DNA of 63,440 nucleotides, the filler included, from Octopus bimaculoides (taxonomy: Eukaryota): assembly GCF_001194135.2 (NCBI RefSeq). It is 5 parts of 5 records of this genome, joined end to end, with 100 filler letters (N's around TTAATTAATTAA, not from the genome) between each part and the next. Parts side by side here need not be neighbours in the genome. Positions count along the whole stretch, not along the records: positions 13,349 to 45,286 come from NC_068997.1; positions 45,387 to 57,482 come from NC_068998.1; 3 more parts are not named here. One strand, 5' to 3'. This document shows positions 38,236-52,981 of this stretch, piece after piece; the first letter of the stretch is position 1; every line of letters begins with the position of its first letter. The notes under the pieces are model-generated. The model was not told where the DNA came from and made no database searches. It was given only the letters and a program-made list of their open reading frames with translations. Both the position numbers and the translations under genes were made by a program.

Positions 38236-41200
38236 TGTTTTTCTCTAACCTCACAACAATATTATATCCTTTCTTTTTTGTGGTTGTTTCCATGATTTCT
38301 TGGTTGTTCACCTATTTGAAATAATTGCTGTATAACTGCTGTGTAACATCGCTTTTATCGAGTCTTCTTCCTTTTGTTAAAACGATACTTTTAATCGTGT
38401 ATCTGATTCCTATTCTGAATTTACGAGATATTCTTAGCTTTTAGCTTCGTCTCCATCAAAAATTTCCAATTCTTGTTCGACACCATCACCTTTATTTTCA
38501 GAGTCACGTTATAAGCAGAATCTTTATCGCAGACTATTTGGCATCTGCTCTAACCGAAAAAACACTCATTCTATTTCTATTGTTATTTTATTGACATTTG
38601 TTTCATCCCTCAAAGCCTATTTAAAAAGTTTGTTTTGTTTATTCTCTTCAATATTTCTTCATTATTTTCCTTGTTCAAGGTGCCTGACTATTATTATTTA
38701 TTTTAATTTTAAGAAATAATTTTACCCATGAGTTCTTCAGTTAAAAGAAATGTCAGTAATATTTAATGGAATACATATCGTCTAGGTTCATCGCTTTTCC
38801 ACACAACTCATTTCTTCCCATATGTTTGATATGCACCACTACCTGTTCTAATTAAAGCAGGAGGCATAACATTTAGTTACCGCGCATCCAACGATGAAAT
38901 ATATATCTTCTATTTTTTTCGAATTTAGAACTGGTATTGCCGTATCAAATATAATACGTAAATAATTAGTAAAACTAGAAATATCTATAACTAGTGTGCC
39001 AATTATTCTACCTTAACTGTCCATAATAACATACGATGTTATGAACATGGCTGAGAATTTATTCCACTTCTTTAAGCTGTTTCACTCTTGCTAGAATGAT
39101 CGATACTACAACACCGGATGATATTGAACAGGGATTGGTCATTTTACTTCGATTCAGGAAATTCCCTCTATTCTTGGATGGAACTAGAAGATAAATACTC
39201 ACTTCTCATAGTTTATATGAGATTTTGGGCAGCAAGCAAACTGATAGGGGGTGGGGTATTGTTAGATTGGAGGATTCAAACGAATTTTAAAGGATGAAAG
39301 TTTGTAGTGAGAGTAATGTTCCGGTCGAGAGTATAATTAGTTGTGCCGATGTAATCGTTGGCTGAAGTAAATGATTCGTCATACATTAAAAGGAGGTATA
39401 TCTTTTTACTTTACTATTCACAGTATCATTCACCGGGAGCACCTTTGGATGTCGTATTAATCATTATTTTACAAATTTTGTTAACGAAGGTGAAAATTTC
39501 ATGAAGTCCCAAGAGCGTTAAAGTCGGCTTTTTCGGCAGTTGATTAAGAAAATGGCGAAGACTTCTTTACGTTACTGCGATATCATTGCAGGAAAAAATT
39601 TGAATGTTTTTGTTAGATTTTTGATGAGAATCTTAAAGAACACAGAGAAGAAATACCATTGATGCTAAGACATATATTTTATTTGACTGTAACTTTCAGA
39701 AAATTTGTTTGACAAGACCTTACAAAGTAAAAACGTAAAAATTGCACATATAAAGGATCCTTTATTTCTTTCACGGAAACAAAAAAAGGGGTGGGGGAGA
39801 AAGCCACAACGTCTTTTGGGACAATATACTGTGCTGCAAATCTGATGACGAAGGTCATCAGTCTTGCAATTTATGCGAACAATCAGTAGGAAGTACACTA
39901 AAAATTTATTAAGCTTCAGTATCTTGGATTAGATTTTGAATCATTTTAAAATGTCACCCAGATATACTGAGGCAAAAATCGGAGAGAGTTTGATTAATAT
40001 ACAGTTAAAACATTAATTGCTCGTCATGGACTCATCAATTCCAAAACGTTTTTTTAATCAGAAAAAGAAAACTCAACTTTTCATCGCTTTCGTCTCTACA
40101 AATTTGATTGAATGCGGATTTAAACATTTGTTTCATTAATAAAATCCAAGAATTGAATCAATATGGTGACAAGAGGCTCTCTGCTGGTATATTATGAAAC
40201 ATACTGAACAGCAGCAAACTTGAGGATCAAGTGATGGCTGATGGAGGTTAATTTCGTATTTTCTAAAAATCACGTTATGTTAGAAGTAAATTACCAGAGT
40301 ACTGAGACACTGTTACAAGTATGTGATATGTTTTAGATTAAATTGAATTAAAACAATTTAAATTAAATATCCTTGTCAACTTTTGCCTAATGTTTTGCCT
40401 GTCCTCACTACTTTAATCAGTATGGATCTTTAGGTATACGCGTGCATGTGTGTAAGTATGTATGTCTATACTTGATCTCAAGCATCGAGCTGCAAGTCAG
40501 TGTCTTCTGCCACAGCGTACTCTGTCGTTTTGGGAAAGGACACAAAATAAAATGTACTTGTAAATTTCTTTTTAAAAAAAACGGTAGGATCACCATTTCT
40601 GATAGAACTTCGATCATAGATATATAAAATCAATTTTGACATCTTGTACAAGGCTTCAACATGAACAATAATAATTACAATAACACTAAAGTAATAGATA
40701 CATGTATTTAAATGAATTACATGTATTTTCCATCATATTTTTCCCAATTTACCATAGAGCATGGGTTTCTGTGATGGCACAGGGTGCAAATCGTCAAGTG
40801 AAATAGTGCAGTTACTGCTTGTGTATATGAAAGAGAGAGAGAGACAGATAAACATACAGACAGACAAAGAGAGGGAGAAAGAGAGGGAGAGACATACAGA
40901 CAGAGAAAGAGAATGTGTTTGTATTTAATGGCAAAACATACTCATCTACAATGTACTTAATGTTCAGATGGCCACTCAAAGATGTATGTAGCGAGATATT
41001 CTGGCAGCTCAGAGGCTGCAGAAATATTTTGATCTTTGTAAGAAATAGCAAAAATTGAAATATAGCAGTTATTGGACGTATGTGCGTTTGTGTGAGTGTA
41101 TGTGAGTGTGTGTTTATGTGTGCATGCCTAATGATAAAAATTACTCATCTACGGTATAATATTCAGATGTTTATTAAAGTTATGTTATCGATAGGGAATT

Positions 41201-41485
41201 CATTCATCGATGACATATCAGGCTTCTTTCGTAGCACGGAATTCCTTAACTATAAATAAAAACCAAAGCCACGTAAATGAGTAAAAATAAAAGAATAATG
41301 TAAGATATATGTAGAGAGAAAATATTAGTAAAACAGACAGAAAGAAACATAGAATGAGAGGCGCGGGGGGGATACCGAGAAAAAGATAAAGGCTAGGTAT
41401 AAACAGAGATCTGAAGTAAAATTTAAAATGGCAAGTGAGAATCGAAACCCTTCTTTCCTGGAATTGACAAGCTAGAAACTAATCT

Positions 41486-41501
41486 AAAGTGACGTCACTT
41501 T
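41486..41501. promoter_or_regulatory. Perfect 16-bp palindrome containing a full CRE (TGACGTCA)
   Basis: AAAGTGACGTCACTTT in unique sequence. Function not shown. Confidence 0.3.
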
Positions 41502-42103
41502 TGATGGACATAACGTTGTTAAGAATTTGTGTGCTTGGCGTAGACAAAAACAAGAGCGCATACCCATTTACATTCACACACATATCTACAAAGCGAACAC
41601 ACACACCCGTACAAGTCTATATAGATACGTACGCATGAGTGCAGATGCCTATGAAGTGTATATAATTACATAATATATATGCAAATCGTTTACATTTTGG
41701 ACGAATCACTGGGGAGTCCAAATATCTAGTTAGAAATTTCTAGATTGATTGGCTTAATAAATAGGTAATTATATATTTGAAGAATTGAGAATAAGGGTAT
41801 GTGGGTTTTTTTATATTTGTATTTTGTTTGATTGTTTCTTTGTTTGAGTATGAGTGTTTTGTGTATGTTTGAGATTAAAGGATAGATCCACAGAAATAAA
41901 ATTACATTAGCAATAGGATAAAAGCAGACTGGTTAAAAGAAACTACGAAATTACGAAAATAATATCACCACACATCTATCAGATATAACAGTGCATTGTT
42001 AATACTTGTGTTGTATATCAAATCTAATATCACAATTGATACTAGAAAGGATAACAAGTATATGTGTGTGTGTGTGTAATGTATGTACGTGTGCATATAT
42101 ATA

Positions 42104-42136
<33 letters not shown>

Positions 42137-42963
42137 NNNNNNNNNNNNNNNNNNNNNNNNNNNNNNNNNNNNNNNNNNNNNNNNNNNNNNNNNNNNNNNN
42201 NNNNNNNNNNNNNNNNNNNNNNNNNNNNNNNNNNNNNNNNNNNNNNNNNNNNNNNNNNNNNNNNNNNNNNNNNNNNNNNNNNNNNNNNNNNNNNNNNNNN
42301 NNNNNNNNNNNNNNNNNNNNNNNNNNNNNNNNNNNNNNNNNNNNNNNNNNNNNNNNNNNNNNNNNNNNNNNNNNNNNNNNNNNNNNNNNNNNNNNNNNNN
42401 NNNNNNNNNNNNNNNNNNNNNNNNNNNNNNNNNNNNNNNNNNNNNNNNNNNNNNNNNNNNNNNNNNNNNNNNNNNNNNNNNNNNNNNNNNNNNNNNNNNN
42501 NNNNNNNNNNNNNNNNNNNNNNNNNNNNNNNNNNNNNNNNNNNNNNNNNNNNNNNNNNNNNTATATATGTATATGTATATGTATATGTATTATGTATATA
42601 TATATATATATATATATATACTCACATAATATAAACATTTGTATATATACACATGTGTGTGTATATGTATATGTATACGTATGTATATGCGTGTATATAT
42701 GTACATATACATAGATAGATAGATACAAAGATAGATGTAAATATATAACACATTGGCATGTACATATGGGTTTGTGCGCGTGTGCTCGTGTGTATGCGCG
42801 CGGGAGCTTGTAAGTGCACGTCGATTTGCGTGTGAGCGAGTCTGCATTATGACAGTTGTGCGTCCGTGTGTACTCAGTTGTATATGTGAGTACATATGTC
42901 CCAGCGTGGGCATAGCCATTACGCCGAAACACAACAGAAACAAGAATAAAAGAACACACACAT

Positions 42964-43015
<52 letters not shown>

Positions 43016-43322
43016 TTTTTTCCTCCTTTTGAAGTGTACTCAAAGTTTTAAAGTTGTGTACATACATTTCTAATCGAACACATCACATGACTTTGTCAAA
43101 ACAATCGGATAGTGGGGTAGCTTCTAAAACGGTCATACATAATAGGGGTATTAAGAGACGGATGGACAGTAAAGACCTGAATGTGTAACAAAATTAGAAC
43201 ATGGTCTAAAGTATTAAAAGCTCATTTTATAAAAGGGTATGCATTTATTCATATATCTGCATGGAAGTCTTTGATATTATTTGTTCAAGTAGTAGCATTT
43301 GCATGTACGCATGCAAGTCTAA

Positions 43323-43378
<56 letters not shown>

Positions 43379-43390
43379 GTATATATATAA

Positions 43391-43431
<41 letters not shown>

Positions 43432-45233
43432 TGTATATATATGTATATATATGTTTTTCATATTCATATATGAACACAAAGACATATGCCTGAGTGCGTG
43501 GGTATGTGGTTATAATTATTTGCGTATATAAACATATATACACATATATAAACCTCTACGCATGTCTATGAATATAAATTTATGTATATAAATATATAAG
43601 CGTGTGTGAATGTGTGCTTTTGTCTATGTGTGTGTGTATCTGAGTGTGTTTCTCTGAGTGCATACACACACAAACACGCGCGCACATATATACAGAGACA
43701 GACACACACACACGTACACATACTCACAAATATACATGATTATGCGTGTAGTTACCTTTAAGTGAATGTGTGCGTGTGAATGTGTGAGTATGTTGTTTGT
43801 GTATGTGGCTTTGTGTGTGTATGTGTGAGTGTGTTCTTATGTATGCGTGTGTGCTCCGCTCGGTGTATTTCGTCAACTACGCACGTCTCAGAGTAAGTTG
43901 AGTTATGTGTAATTTCAGATTTCCAATATTCCTCCGGTCACTTGAGCTCTGGGTTAACTTGTGCACCATCTTATAATCCATAATAATTCATAACGGCCCC
44001 AGTATCGAATGATTCTTGCGTTATTGTTATTCAGATGTTGGATTGTATTATGGGAATCTGAATTCCCATCACTTGCTTGTTTGTAGTAAAAAAATTTGAG
44101 ATGGCTCCACAATTTACAATGAAACTTGTGAAAAGCGTAAAATCCAAACTAAGTACTTGCTAGTGCTTACATACAACATGAGGCCGAGTTTCTTTAGTTG
44201 GCCTAACATTCCATTTCCAATATACACATGTAAATACATTCATGCATGCATACATATATCCATGTATGCATGTATGTATATATGCATGAATGTATGGATG
44301 TATGTATGTATGTACGTATGTATGGATGTATTATGCATGTGTGTGAGTGTGTTTGTGTGTGTATACGTGTGTCTGTCTGTATACATATATATATATATAT
44401 ACCTATATATTAACACAAACACAAACACACACACATATTTACATATTCACACGCTTACTTTCGCATGCTCGCACATGGAATTTTATATTTGTACATTTAA
44501 TAGCGATAAATCCCTGCATACGTCTATCCGTAGACTGCACCCCTGTTTCGGATTTTTCCAAGAGGAACTTTTTTTTCTGTATATGTATGTGTTCTTGGAT
44601 CTATATTTATTTCTGTACGATATATTACATAAACTAAAACTATTATTGAAAAAATTGACCTTAATTTTTTTTTTTTTTTCCATTTGATAAGCTTCTCGAA
44701 CACAAACGCCATCTAGTTTTGATAATGATTATGAAGAGAATCTGTTTGTACACCTCTCTTTTGAGTAAGATATGTTCTCCTCATTCAGGACATCTCTTCA
44801 AACAAACCAAACAGTCTCACACATACAAATGCATATATAAGAAGATGCGCCGTCCTTTTTTGATAATAAATATTCCAGTTGTTCAATCAACTGAGGTGTG
44901 TAGATTAAATGTTGTTACTCGTGTATTATAAAGAATTCGTCTTTGTACAGATTCCAGATACAGCAACAGTTAAAGTACAAGTAGCAGCGACCAAAGTGCG
45001 TTATAAAGGAGATGACCTTGACAGTTATTAAAACATCAGTCAAGACGATAAGTTTCTTGAGAGTACCTATTTGTAAAACATGACACATAAAGTGTCTGGT
45101 TGAAACTCGGTTGTTGCAAAAGACATTTGGAAAACGCACGCGTTTGGGCTCCAACACAAGTTTACATAGTTATATGAAGACATAGACATATGTGTGTGTA
45201 TATATATATACATATATATACATATATACATAT

Positions 45234-45286
<53 letters not shown>

Positions 45287-45386
45287 NNNNNNNNNNNNNN
45301 NNNNNNNNNNNNNNNNNNNNNNNNNNNNNNTTAATTAATTAANNNNNNNNNNNNNNNNNNNNNNNNNNNNNNNNNNNNNNNNNNNN
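45287..45386. other. Artificial scaffold-join spacer
   Basis: Same 44N-12-44N structure. Confidence 0.95.
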
Positions 45387-45794
45387 ATCTAGAATTGAGG
45401 TAAACAAGCTAAATCCTTTGCACTCACTGCCCTGCTTCATGGCTATATAAACAGGACACTCCAAGAAAACTTCCTCTTTTCACTTTCTAGTGACCAGTGG
45501 TCACTTGACGTCTCATGGAGAAAGATGCCTGGCTGATCAGCTACAACTTGGCAGAGGGAGAAATAACTTTACTGTCAGCCACTGTCAGACAACGGCGCCA
45601 ACATTATAACCCTACCATCTCTCCCTCTATACAATTACTGCTATAAAAGAAGGAACATACAGATACAGGCCTACATTCTCAACCTTGCATGTTTTATATA
45701 CTATTACACTGGCCTACCCGTCGTGGTATGGCAACCTAGAATGTAACGGCATAAATAAATATTTTTTTATAAAAAATGATCTTCATCACGCAAT

Positions 45795-45945
45795 CCTATA
45801 ACCGTTACACACCCTATGGAAGCTAACGTTTGATTTTCATTCCTCTGAGTTTGATAAAATAGTATGGAGTGAAGGCGAATTGAATTGACTCCTCCCCACT
45901 TATTGCAATTTCTGGCTTCTTGCCCATGTCACAAACAATTATATT
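45795..45945 (+). mobile_element. SINE family A, heavily decayed copy
   Basis: gtttgattttcattcctctgagtttgataaaatagtat...gactcctcccca...tggcttcttgccc corresponds to the family A core and tail with the CpGs lost. Confidence 0.5.
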
Positions 45946-46384
45946 CAGCTTTTATTATCGTAATTGTATTGTAATTTATGATAATATCAATTAGCAATGT
46001 TGTTGGTGGTGGCTATTTTAATATTTCTGGGACCCTCTTCCATCGAGTCACAACAGGAACTGTGTGTATGAGAGGAGTTTCATGTTTTGAATCAGATCTA
46101 AGTTGTATTGTTGTAGCTTGTAACTGTGACGCTCCAACAACGACCATCCTATCTTTTCTTCAGGCAGAGTAAAACTAGACTAACCAATGAATTGGTCTAG
46201 TCTTGTGTGTACACACACACTTAGAGAAATACTTTGGTCTGCAGATGTAAATGATGCAGAGATACACATCCCAATGTCTTCTGTTTTCCATCGACAGAAG
46301 AGAAAGAACTTGGTGGATTGTGTTGTACATCTGTGGAGATGTCACACCATTAAACTTGGTGTGTGACACATTCATAGTGTATTC

Positions 46385-47945
46385 AAAGTAACTTGAAGTG
46401 GTGATGTACACCTTATATCGTGCACCAAACGCTTTGAAACATGGTGGTAAATTTAAAGACAACCTTAGATGCATGGAAGTGGTATTGATCAACTTGGAGC
46501 AACAATCTACTCTTCCTGGGTGGCTTCAACCTCACAGATGGGAAATGGCCTGAAGACCGAATCCTCTTTGGGTTGTCACTGCATGAACAAAGGCAAATAG
46601 AATCACTACTTGAACTTTGTAATCTGCTGTTCATGGAACAAGTGATACTGCAGCCAACCAGGCGTAATGACATCTTGGATCTCTGCTTCGCAGATAACAT
46701 GGATCTTATCCATAGCGGGAAGGTGACACCAACAGCACTCTCAGACCACACCATTGTAAAGCTAAGAATGTATGGTCCCAGGCAAGATGCTGGCATCTAC
46801 TTCTTTTAGAAGGACCAAAGCCGTATGCAGCTTGAATTTTCATAAATCAGCAAAGAGATCTACAAATGAAATTGGTCTGGCAGTCTGTCTATGCCAGACG
46901 ACTCGAAACTTAGTAAGTTTATATGAATAGTGTAAGCTATATGCACTAAATATGCCCCAGGGGGAAAAGGTCAGCTTAGCCCCAAAATAAAATCCCCGGA
47001 GACAGGAAAATCCTTTGAAGACACAGAACTAAAGTCTCAAATTGGTTGAGCCTTCAACTGGAGGGATGGTGCAAAGTCAAAAATAAGACAGAATCAAATT
47101 CTCAGATGAAAAAGAGAACAGAGCTGTGGAAAGTGTTAAAAACGAACCCTAAATTTGCAAAGGGAACTGCCACAGTTCACTACAAAATAAGAGCATTGTT
47201 CCGAGGGAATGGTTCACTGACCGTGGACCACAAAACGGTAAGTGAAGTGTTCAGTGAACCATTCAAAAGTGTCTTCACTTCCCCAATGCAAATAATCTGG
47301 CTGGGTTCTTTGATATTATGGTTCTACAAAGGAAGGCAGCAACCATCAATTGCATCGACATTAAAGAGGCAGATGTAACTAACAATAAACCAAAGATGAA
47401 AAGAGCTTAAACTCAGCAACTGGTCCCAATGGTTTCTCCGTAATTCTCTTGAGGTTGTAGGCTTTAGCAAAACTGCTTCAGATGCTTTTCCAGAGTTTGC
47501 TTACAAATGGTAAACTTCAAAGTTATGGAATGACTTGTCAGAAGGAAACTGACAATGTTTCTAGAAGAAAAGGACCTGCTGAAAGATACCGAGCCTGGTT
47601 TCTGCTTGAAAAGAAGCTGCCCCCCCCCCCCCAGCTCTTATGGGACTATGACTGGGTGTTGAGACCTTAACCCCCAAACATTCAAACATTAACGTAGCAT
47701 ATCTTGAATTTGCAAGGGCCTTTGACAAGATGGGGCATGGCATGATATGTCTCAAGCTGTGAGACCTTGACAGAGCTGGTAAACTTGGAGAGTGGTTACG
47801 TGACTTCTTGAAAGATAAAAGTCAGGTAGTTGCAGCCAACAGTGGCCTCTCTAGAGAAACACAAAATCTGCATTGAGGTCCACCAGGGAACTCTCTTTAG
47901 GGCCATTATTGTTTATAGTAGGTCTCTTGGACCTACCATCTCTAC
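46385..47945 (+). mobile_element. Decayed CR1-clade LINE (APE C-terminus to mid-RT), many frameshifts
   Basis: YRAP, GGFNL, QPTRRNDILDLCF and SDHTIV endonuclease motifs; later YLEFARAFDKMGHG (about 47700) and a degenerate QG...LGPLLF (about 47880-47915). Confidence 0.85.
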
Positions 47946-48554
47946 AGACCAGATAATAAATACCACAGAAAATTAATATAATAGTAATAATAATGAATAA
48001 TAATGGCTTCAAATTTTGATGTAAAAGAATTGCGTTTAGTTTCCGGATTTAAGTTTGTATGTCTTTTTTTTTTTTTTTTAATAAGGATTGAAGTTAAACA
48101 ATAGTTTAATATTATTAATTTGAAAAGCTTAATAGAGATTGTTGAATAATTATCGTTAGTTGTGCTGTTGCAACTTTTTGCAAAAAGCAAATCAAAATGT
48201 GGTTCTCCAGCCACAGCAAGTGAACTTGTTGCTGCTAATGGAACTAAAACGAAAGCATTTGGTCGAAGGAAACAGCAGTGGCAGAAACTCTGACAATCAC
48301 CACCACCAGAATCTTGAGGCAAGGAAATAGGCTGAAGATCAACCGTCCACTGCACGTTCATTGCTGCTGTAATACGGTTGTAAGCTAAGTGGAGTCTGGA
48401 TGGAACTGAAAAAACAATTTTGAGGGACATTAAATGATTGGAAGCCATCTGAATGCCAAAGGACGGCTCAGAGTTGAAGTGGGATGAGACAAAAACCTTT
48501 TTACAAAAAAAATCTCAAAGAAAGAAGAGAAAAAAGTCTTTAAAATGATTTTAG

Positions 48555-48565
48555 TTTATTTTATT
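48555..48565 (-). terminator. Candidate distal polyadenylation signal (two overlapping AATAAA)
   Basis: Plus strand tttattttatt reads as AATAAAATAAA on minus, followed on minus by a U/GU-rich tract (about 48530-48490). Confidence 0.3.
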
Positions 48566-51500
48566 GTGAAGTACAAGCAGTAAAACAGATCTATTTATTG
48601 ATGATGCAGACACAACCAGCACAGCAGAGAAATAAGCGAGAATCAAAGGGCTTCATTGTAACTCAATGCCACTCAGCCACAGAGAAATAAAGGCAACATC
48701 GATAAATGAAATGTTTCTATAGAAATATGAAGACCATTGGAGCCACTTGGTGAAGGTTTAATATACATTGCAATGGCACCAGCATTCAATGGTCAATTAA
48801 GCAGCCCAGGGTTTTGCATTCCTCACAGGCAACTCTCTCAAATCACTAAACTGATGCAGATTTTAAACAATAACAATTGTATTTTTGGTTTGTTTTATGG
48901 ATTAAGGAGAGAAAAAAAAAAAAGCATTAATGGAATCTACCAAGAATATCACTGCATAAAATGCTGAGTGCAAGACCAAATCAACAAAGCAGCAACCGAC
49001 AACTGTGAATAATAATAAAGCAAGCTGTCTTTCTTTTACAATTGGTCAAAAGGAAAACTGATCTTTTGCTTTTAGCAGTTTCCAAGGAAGACATTCATTT
49101 TTAAGAGAAAGTTTCTGGTTACATACAGCTTCCATGAGTGAAGGTTATAGGCCAAAAGGGACTTGGGGTTTCAATCATTTTTAAACATTAAAAATATTAC
49201 AGATATAATAATACATAACAAGACAGAAAGCAGTTCTCCAATTTAAATTATTAAAGAACTAAAAAAAAAAGAAAGAAAAGTTGTATTTTACAAGAAATTT
49301 TTTGCATCTTTTGAAAAGCATTAGAAACCGATCTAGAGCCAGACTGCCAATATCGTCTCTCCAGTGACTCAAAACAAAACAGAGAGCAATGACCAGAGAT
49401 GCAATCAACAATTTCTTTGTCACCAAATTAGCAAGGAACTTTAATCTGGTACATTTGCCTCATAGTTGAATGATTAACACTAAAAAAAACACATGAAGCT
49501 ATATGAATATAATGCAGAATTTTAATGTTTTGAGAGAAGGTTATGGTGCAAAATCTGTAGATTATACAATATAAAAGTGACAGACTGCTGGCCAGACACA
49601 AATTTAGGTTTTTTTGTCACATAGGTTAATGGTAGTTGTACACTTAAAGCACTTTTAATAATCTATTCAAGAAATTTGTGAACCAAGTATTTAGTTTTCT
49701 GACAAATGTAAATAATAAACACTCCACAAAAGAACAGAATTGTCTACAGAAATATGTTAAAAAATATTCTTATTTCTATTTATTGAATTCTGTAATTTAT
49801 TGCTTCATGGTGAATCAACACAAATATATAAATTCTGTGCTCTGATCCAGATCTGATATATTTCTCACGGATTTAGATTTATAAAAACTTCTGAAGAATC
49901 ACATTTGATGCACAAAACCCAAGCACAAAGCACCATGTATCATGGCTCCAATTTTTGTCCTTATTTTCTGCTCTTGGATTTGCTCTCCCTATTATTGCAT
50001 GAAGACCACAGTTTGTAGAAACTCTGGGTCCATTTCTTTGCACTAAAAGGGTGTAGAAAAGCTACAGGAAATAAATAAGGATATGCTTTTTATTCTTTTG
50101 CAATTCAAAATGGAACTCAACATAGTTTGCTCTTCATTGAACTTTAAAAGCTACAAAATTCTCTTTTGTTTTATGAGAAACATCTAATTCTTTGATTTTA
50201 CTTTTTAAAATGAAATTGTGAGTGTTATAGAAAAGTATTGGAAAATTACATCTTGAACATTTGATGAAATGAAATAGTTATAAACATTGAGATAAAACTG
50301 TGATTAATAATTAGGGATTCCAGAAACCCTTATTTCAAAGATATATTCTGACCCCTGGCCATCAGGACTTCTTTCCTTAAATCATTTGAAAATTAAAGTT
50401 TTTGTCTATTTGGTCAACTAATTCTGGTCTTTAAGCTTTCAATCTCCAATAACGCCCACCCTACATGATAGCTAAACCAATTTTTGCCTGGATTTTATTT
50501 ATTCCTCCTTTTTAATCATTAAAATGTTTAGAGAACAAAAATGATTTTCCTTCCAAACTAGTTTTCTTCATTACAAATTGTTTCTTTTAATTAGTAACAT
50601 TTACAAACCAAGAGTCAATAAGGGGCCTGTACCTGATATAAATAGCAGCTAAATTTCTCTCAAATTATATCTTACTATCTTAAAAAAAACAAAAAAACAG
50701 GGAGAACACATTGAATAAGCTCATTCTACCATAGAGAGAGAGAGAGAGAGAGTAGGCATCACTGGAAAGCCTTTGATTATAAGTTTAGTCAGTCAATGCT
50801 GACCTTGGGTTAAATAACAACAGAAGTTGATAACTTTGGGCTATGATGGAAACTAGTGAAGTCTTTTTTGTTTTATCTATTAAGAATGTTAGTTATTCTT
50901 TCTCACTAATTTGTTTCAATAACAATTCAGTGAAGCCATTTCTTCTCTCTCGGCAGACCAAGTGACAGCAAGTGAAAAACTTTGATTACACAAATATTTT
51001 TTAAATGATTGTATAATAAAAAAAAGAAGCAAATTTGTAACAAAATAGAACATAGTTTTCTAAATATAGAATCTATTCTAGTTTCAAAATCAAAACATTC
51101 AGATTAAATAAAACTTTTATTAACAAACATTATCATGTCAGTGAAGACTGTGTCTTTGGATTAGCTGCTGTCAAATTCCTAGCAATGAATGTTTATTCCA
51201 CCCCCATCCCCCAGTCTGTTAGTAAACAATTTTAGGCTGTATCCTCCTGCTTTTCAATTATAACTGTGGGAATTGTTTTCTCAACTGTTTTATTGTACTG
51301 CTGAAGGCATTGCTTGGAGATTGAACGGATTACATATATTAGGTTTCAAATGTTCTGTTTCAAAGCTGTGGTACGACTTGAACACATCACTGAGCTTCTT
51401 CTCACAACAGTCAACTGTATCTTGTATCAACACGAAGATCTGTTCAAGGAGTTCTTTACAAATAATCAATGATGTTGGTCACAGACAGTGTGAAGTGAGA

Positions 51501-52981
51501 TCTAGCTGAGATGGGGACATGTCATGCAGACCCCTCCCTTCTCTCGTTAAACCAGCCACACTATTTGGTATGGTTAGCTGTAGGTTGACTTGAAACATAG
51601 GAGCACATTTCCGAAACCTTAATTCAGTCTCCATTTTCATTGTTAGAATATGAAAGACTGCAATGCTCAATAAAGAAATCAGTCATTTTAGAACATTTGA
51701 AAGTCAATATTTTGGTATGGATCAATCTATTGGAAAGAAAAACAAATCGCCCCCCCCCCCCCCAATTGTGCTAACATCAAAAGATATCCATGTCATTGTC
51801 AACAAATTGAATTTCTCTTGGTGTTTTAGTTTTGCTCTTTGTTTGCTTAGATGTCATCTATAACACATCGTAGACTGAAACACGTCACACATTGCCTAAT
51901 CGTAAAACTAAATTTTATTCCCATTTCCTAAAAATACCTTAAAGAGATCTGCACTTCATCTCTTGCTATACATATATATATATGTGTGTGTTTTATATTT
52001 GAGTAGCAATACAATTAGCCCTGTAATGTGATGTTACAGCAACATCCAGCTAGATATTGATAATTCCCACTAATAGAAAAAAAAGAAAAAAACTTGTAAA
52101 ATGAAATGTCAAAATGTGTCCATTTTCTGCAGAAATATCCCATAGAAATAACATAATTCCATTTCAAAATGATGGTAAACTCATCCCGATTTAATACTGT
52201 TATACTCAGCTTTCAGAATGCTATGTCTGTTGATGAGATTTAAATATTAATCTTTGGTCGTACCTATTGCAATGGTTATTAACACTGTCATGCAATCAAA
52301 GGTTCTTTGTTGGAAATTATAACAACAATCTTGTAGATTTTACGTGGGAAACAAAGATTAACCCTCAAGTTATTTCAAGTGAAATTTAAATAATAAACCC
52401 CAATAATATTCCTCTTACATGAAAGCAATCTCTAAAAGGAAAACAATTAGAAATAAAATACCAAATTAGATGTTTATGCTTTTTAGCTGACAGCAGGCTA
52501 ATTTTGTGAATTCTGAGACTTCTGAATATCATGAAAAAATAGAAGTTGTTTCGAGAGGGAGAGAGATTTAATATAAGCTGCTGGTTTCTAGCATCTTCAC
52601 ATGATTACAAATTCATAAAGAAGGAAAACAAATGAAATAACATTAATTTTAAATGTTATTAGCAATGTAAAAGATGGTTTCAAGCAGAAAGTGAAACCAG
52701 GTCATGGAAGTTTACATATTTGTCCCACACCTAAACACAAACCATTTATTTTTTCATTTCCCTCTGCCACAAAAGAGCCTGATAGAATATCACAAGACAC
52801 TACAGTGTTAGCAAAGTTTGTCCAATATTTACGTTGATACAAAATTTAATTAATAGTTCAAAAAAGTTTTTTTTTTAATGAAATCCTAATTAAATTAAAC
52901 ACTAAGATGAAAAATAATTACTTACATTTACAAGTTTGTTTTAGAGAATTTATGCTAATAACCATATTATTATTATTATTA

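Noticed and set aside
1-45286. Dozens of ORFs rich in YI, CV, HT, LS or X
   Set aside because: They are translations of (TA)n, (CA)n, (GA)n, (GATA)n tracts and N-gaps and contain no real domain.
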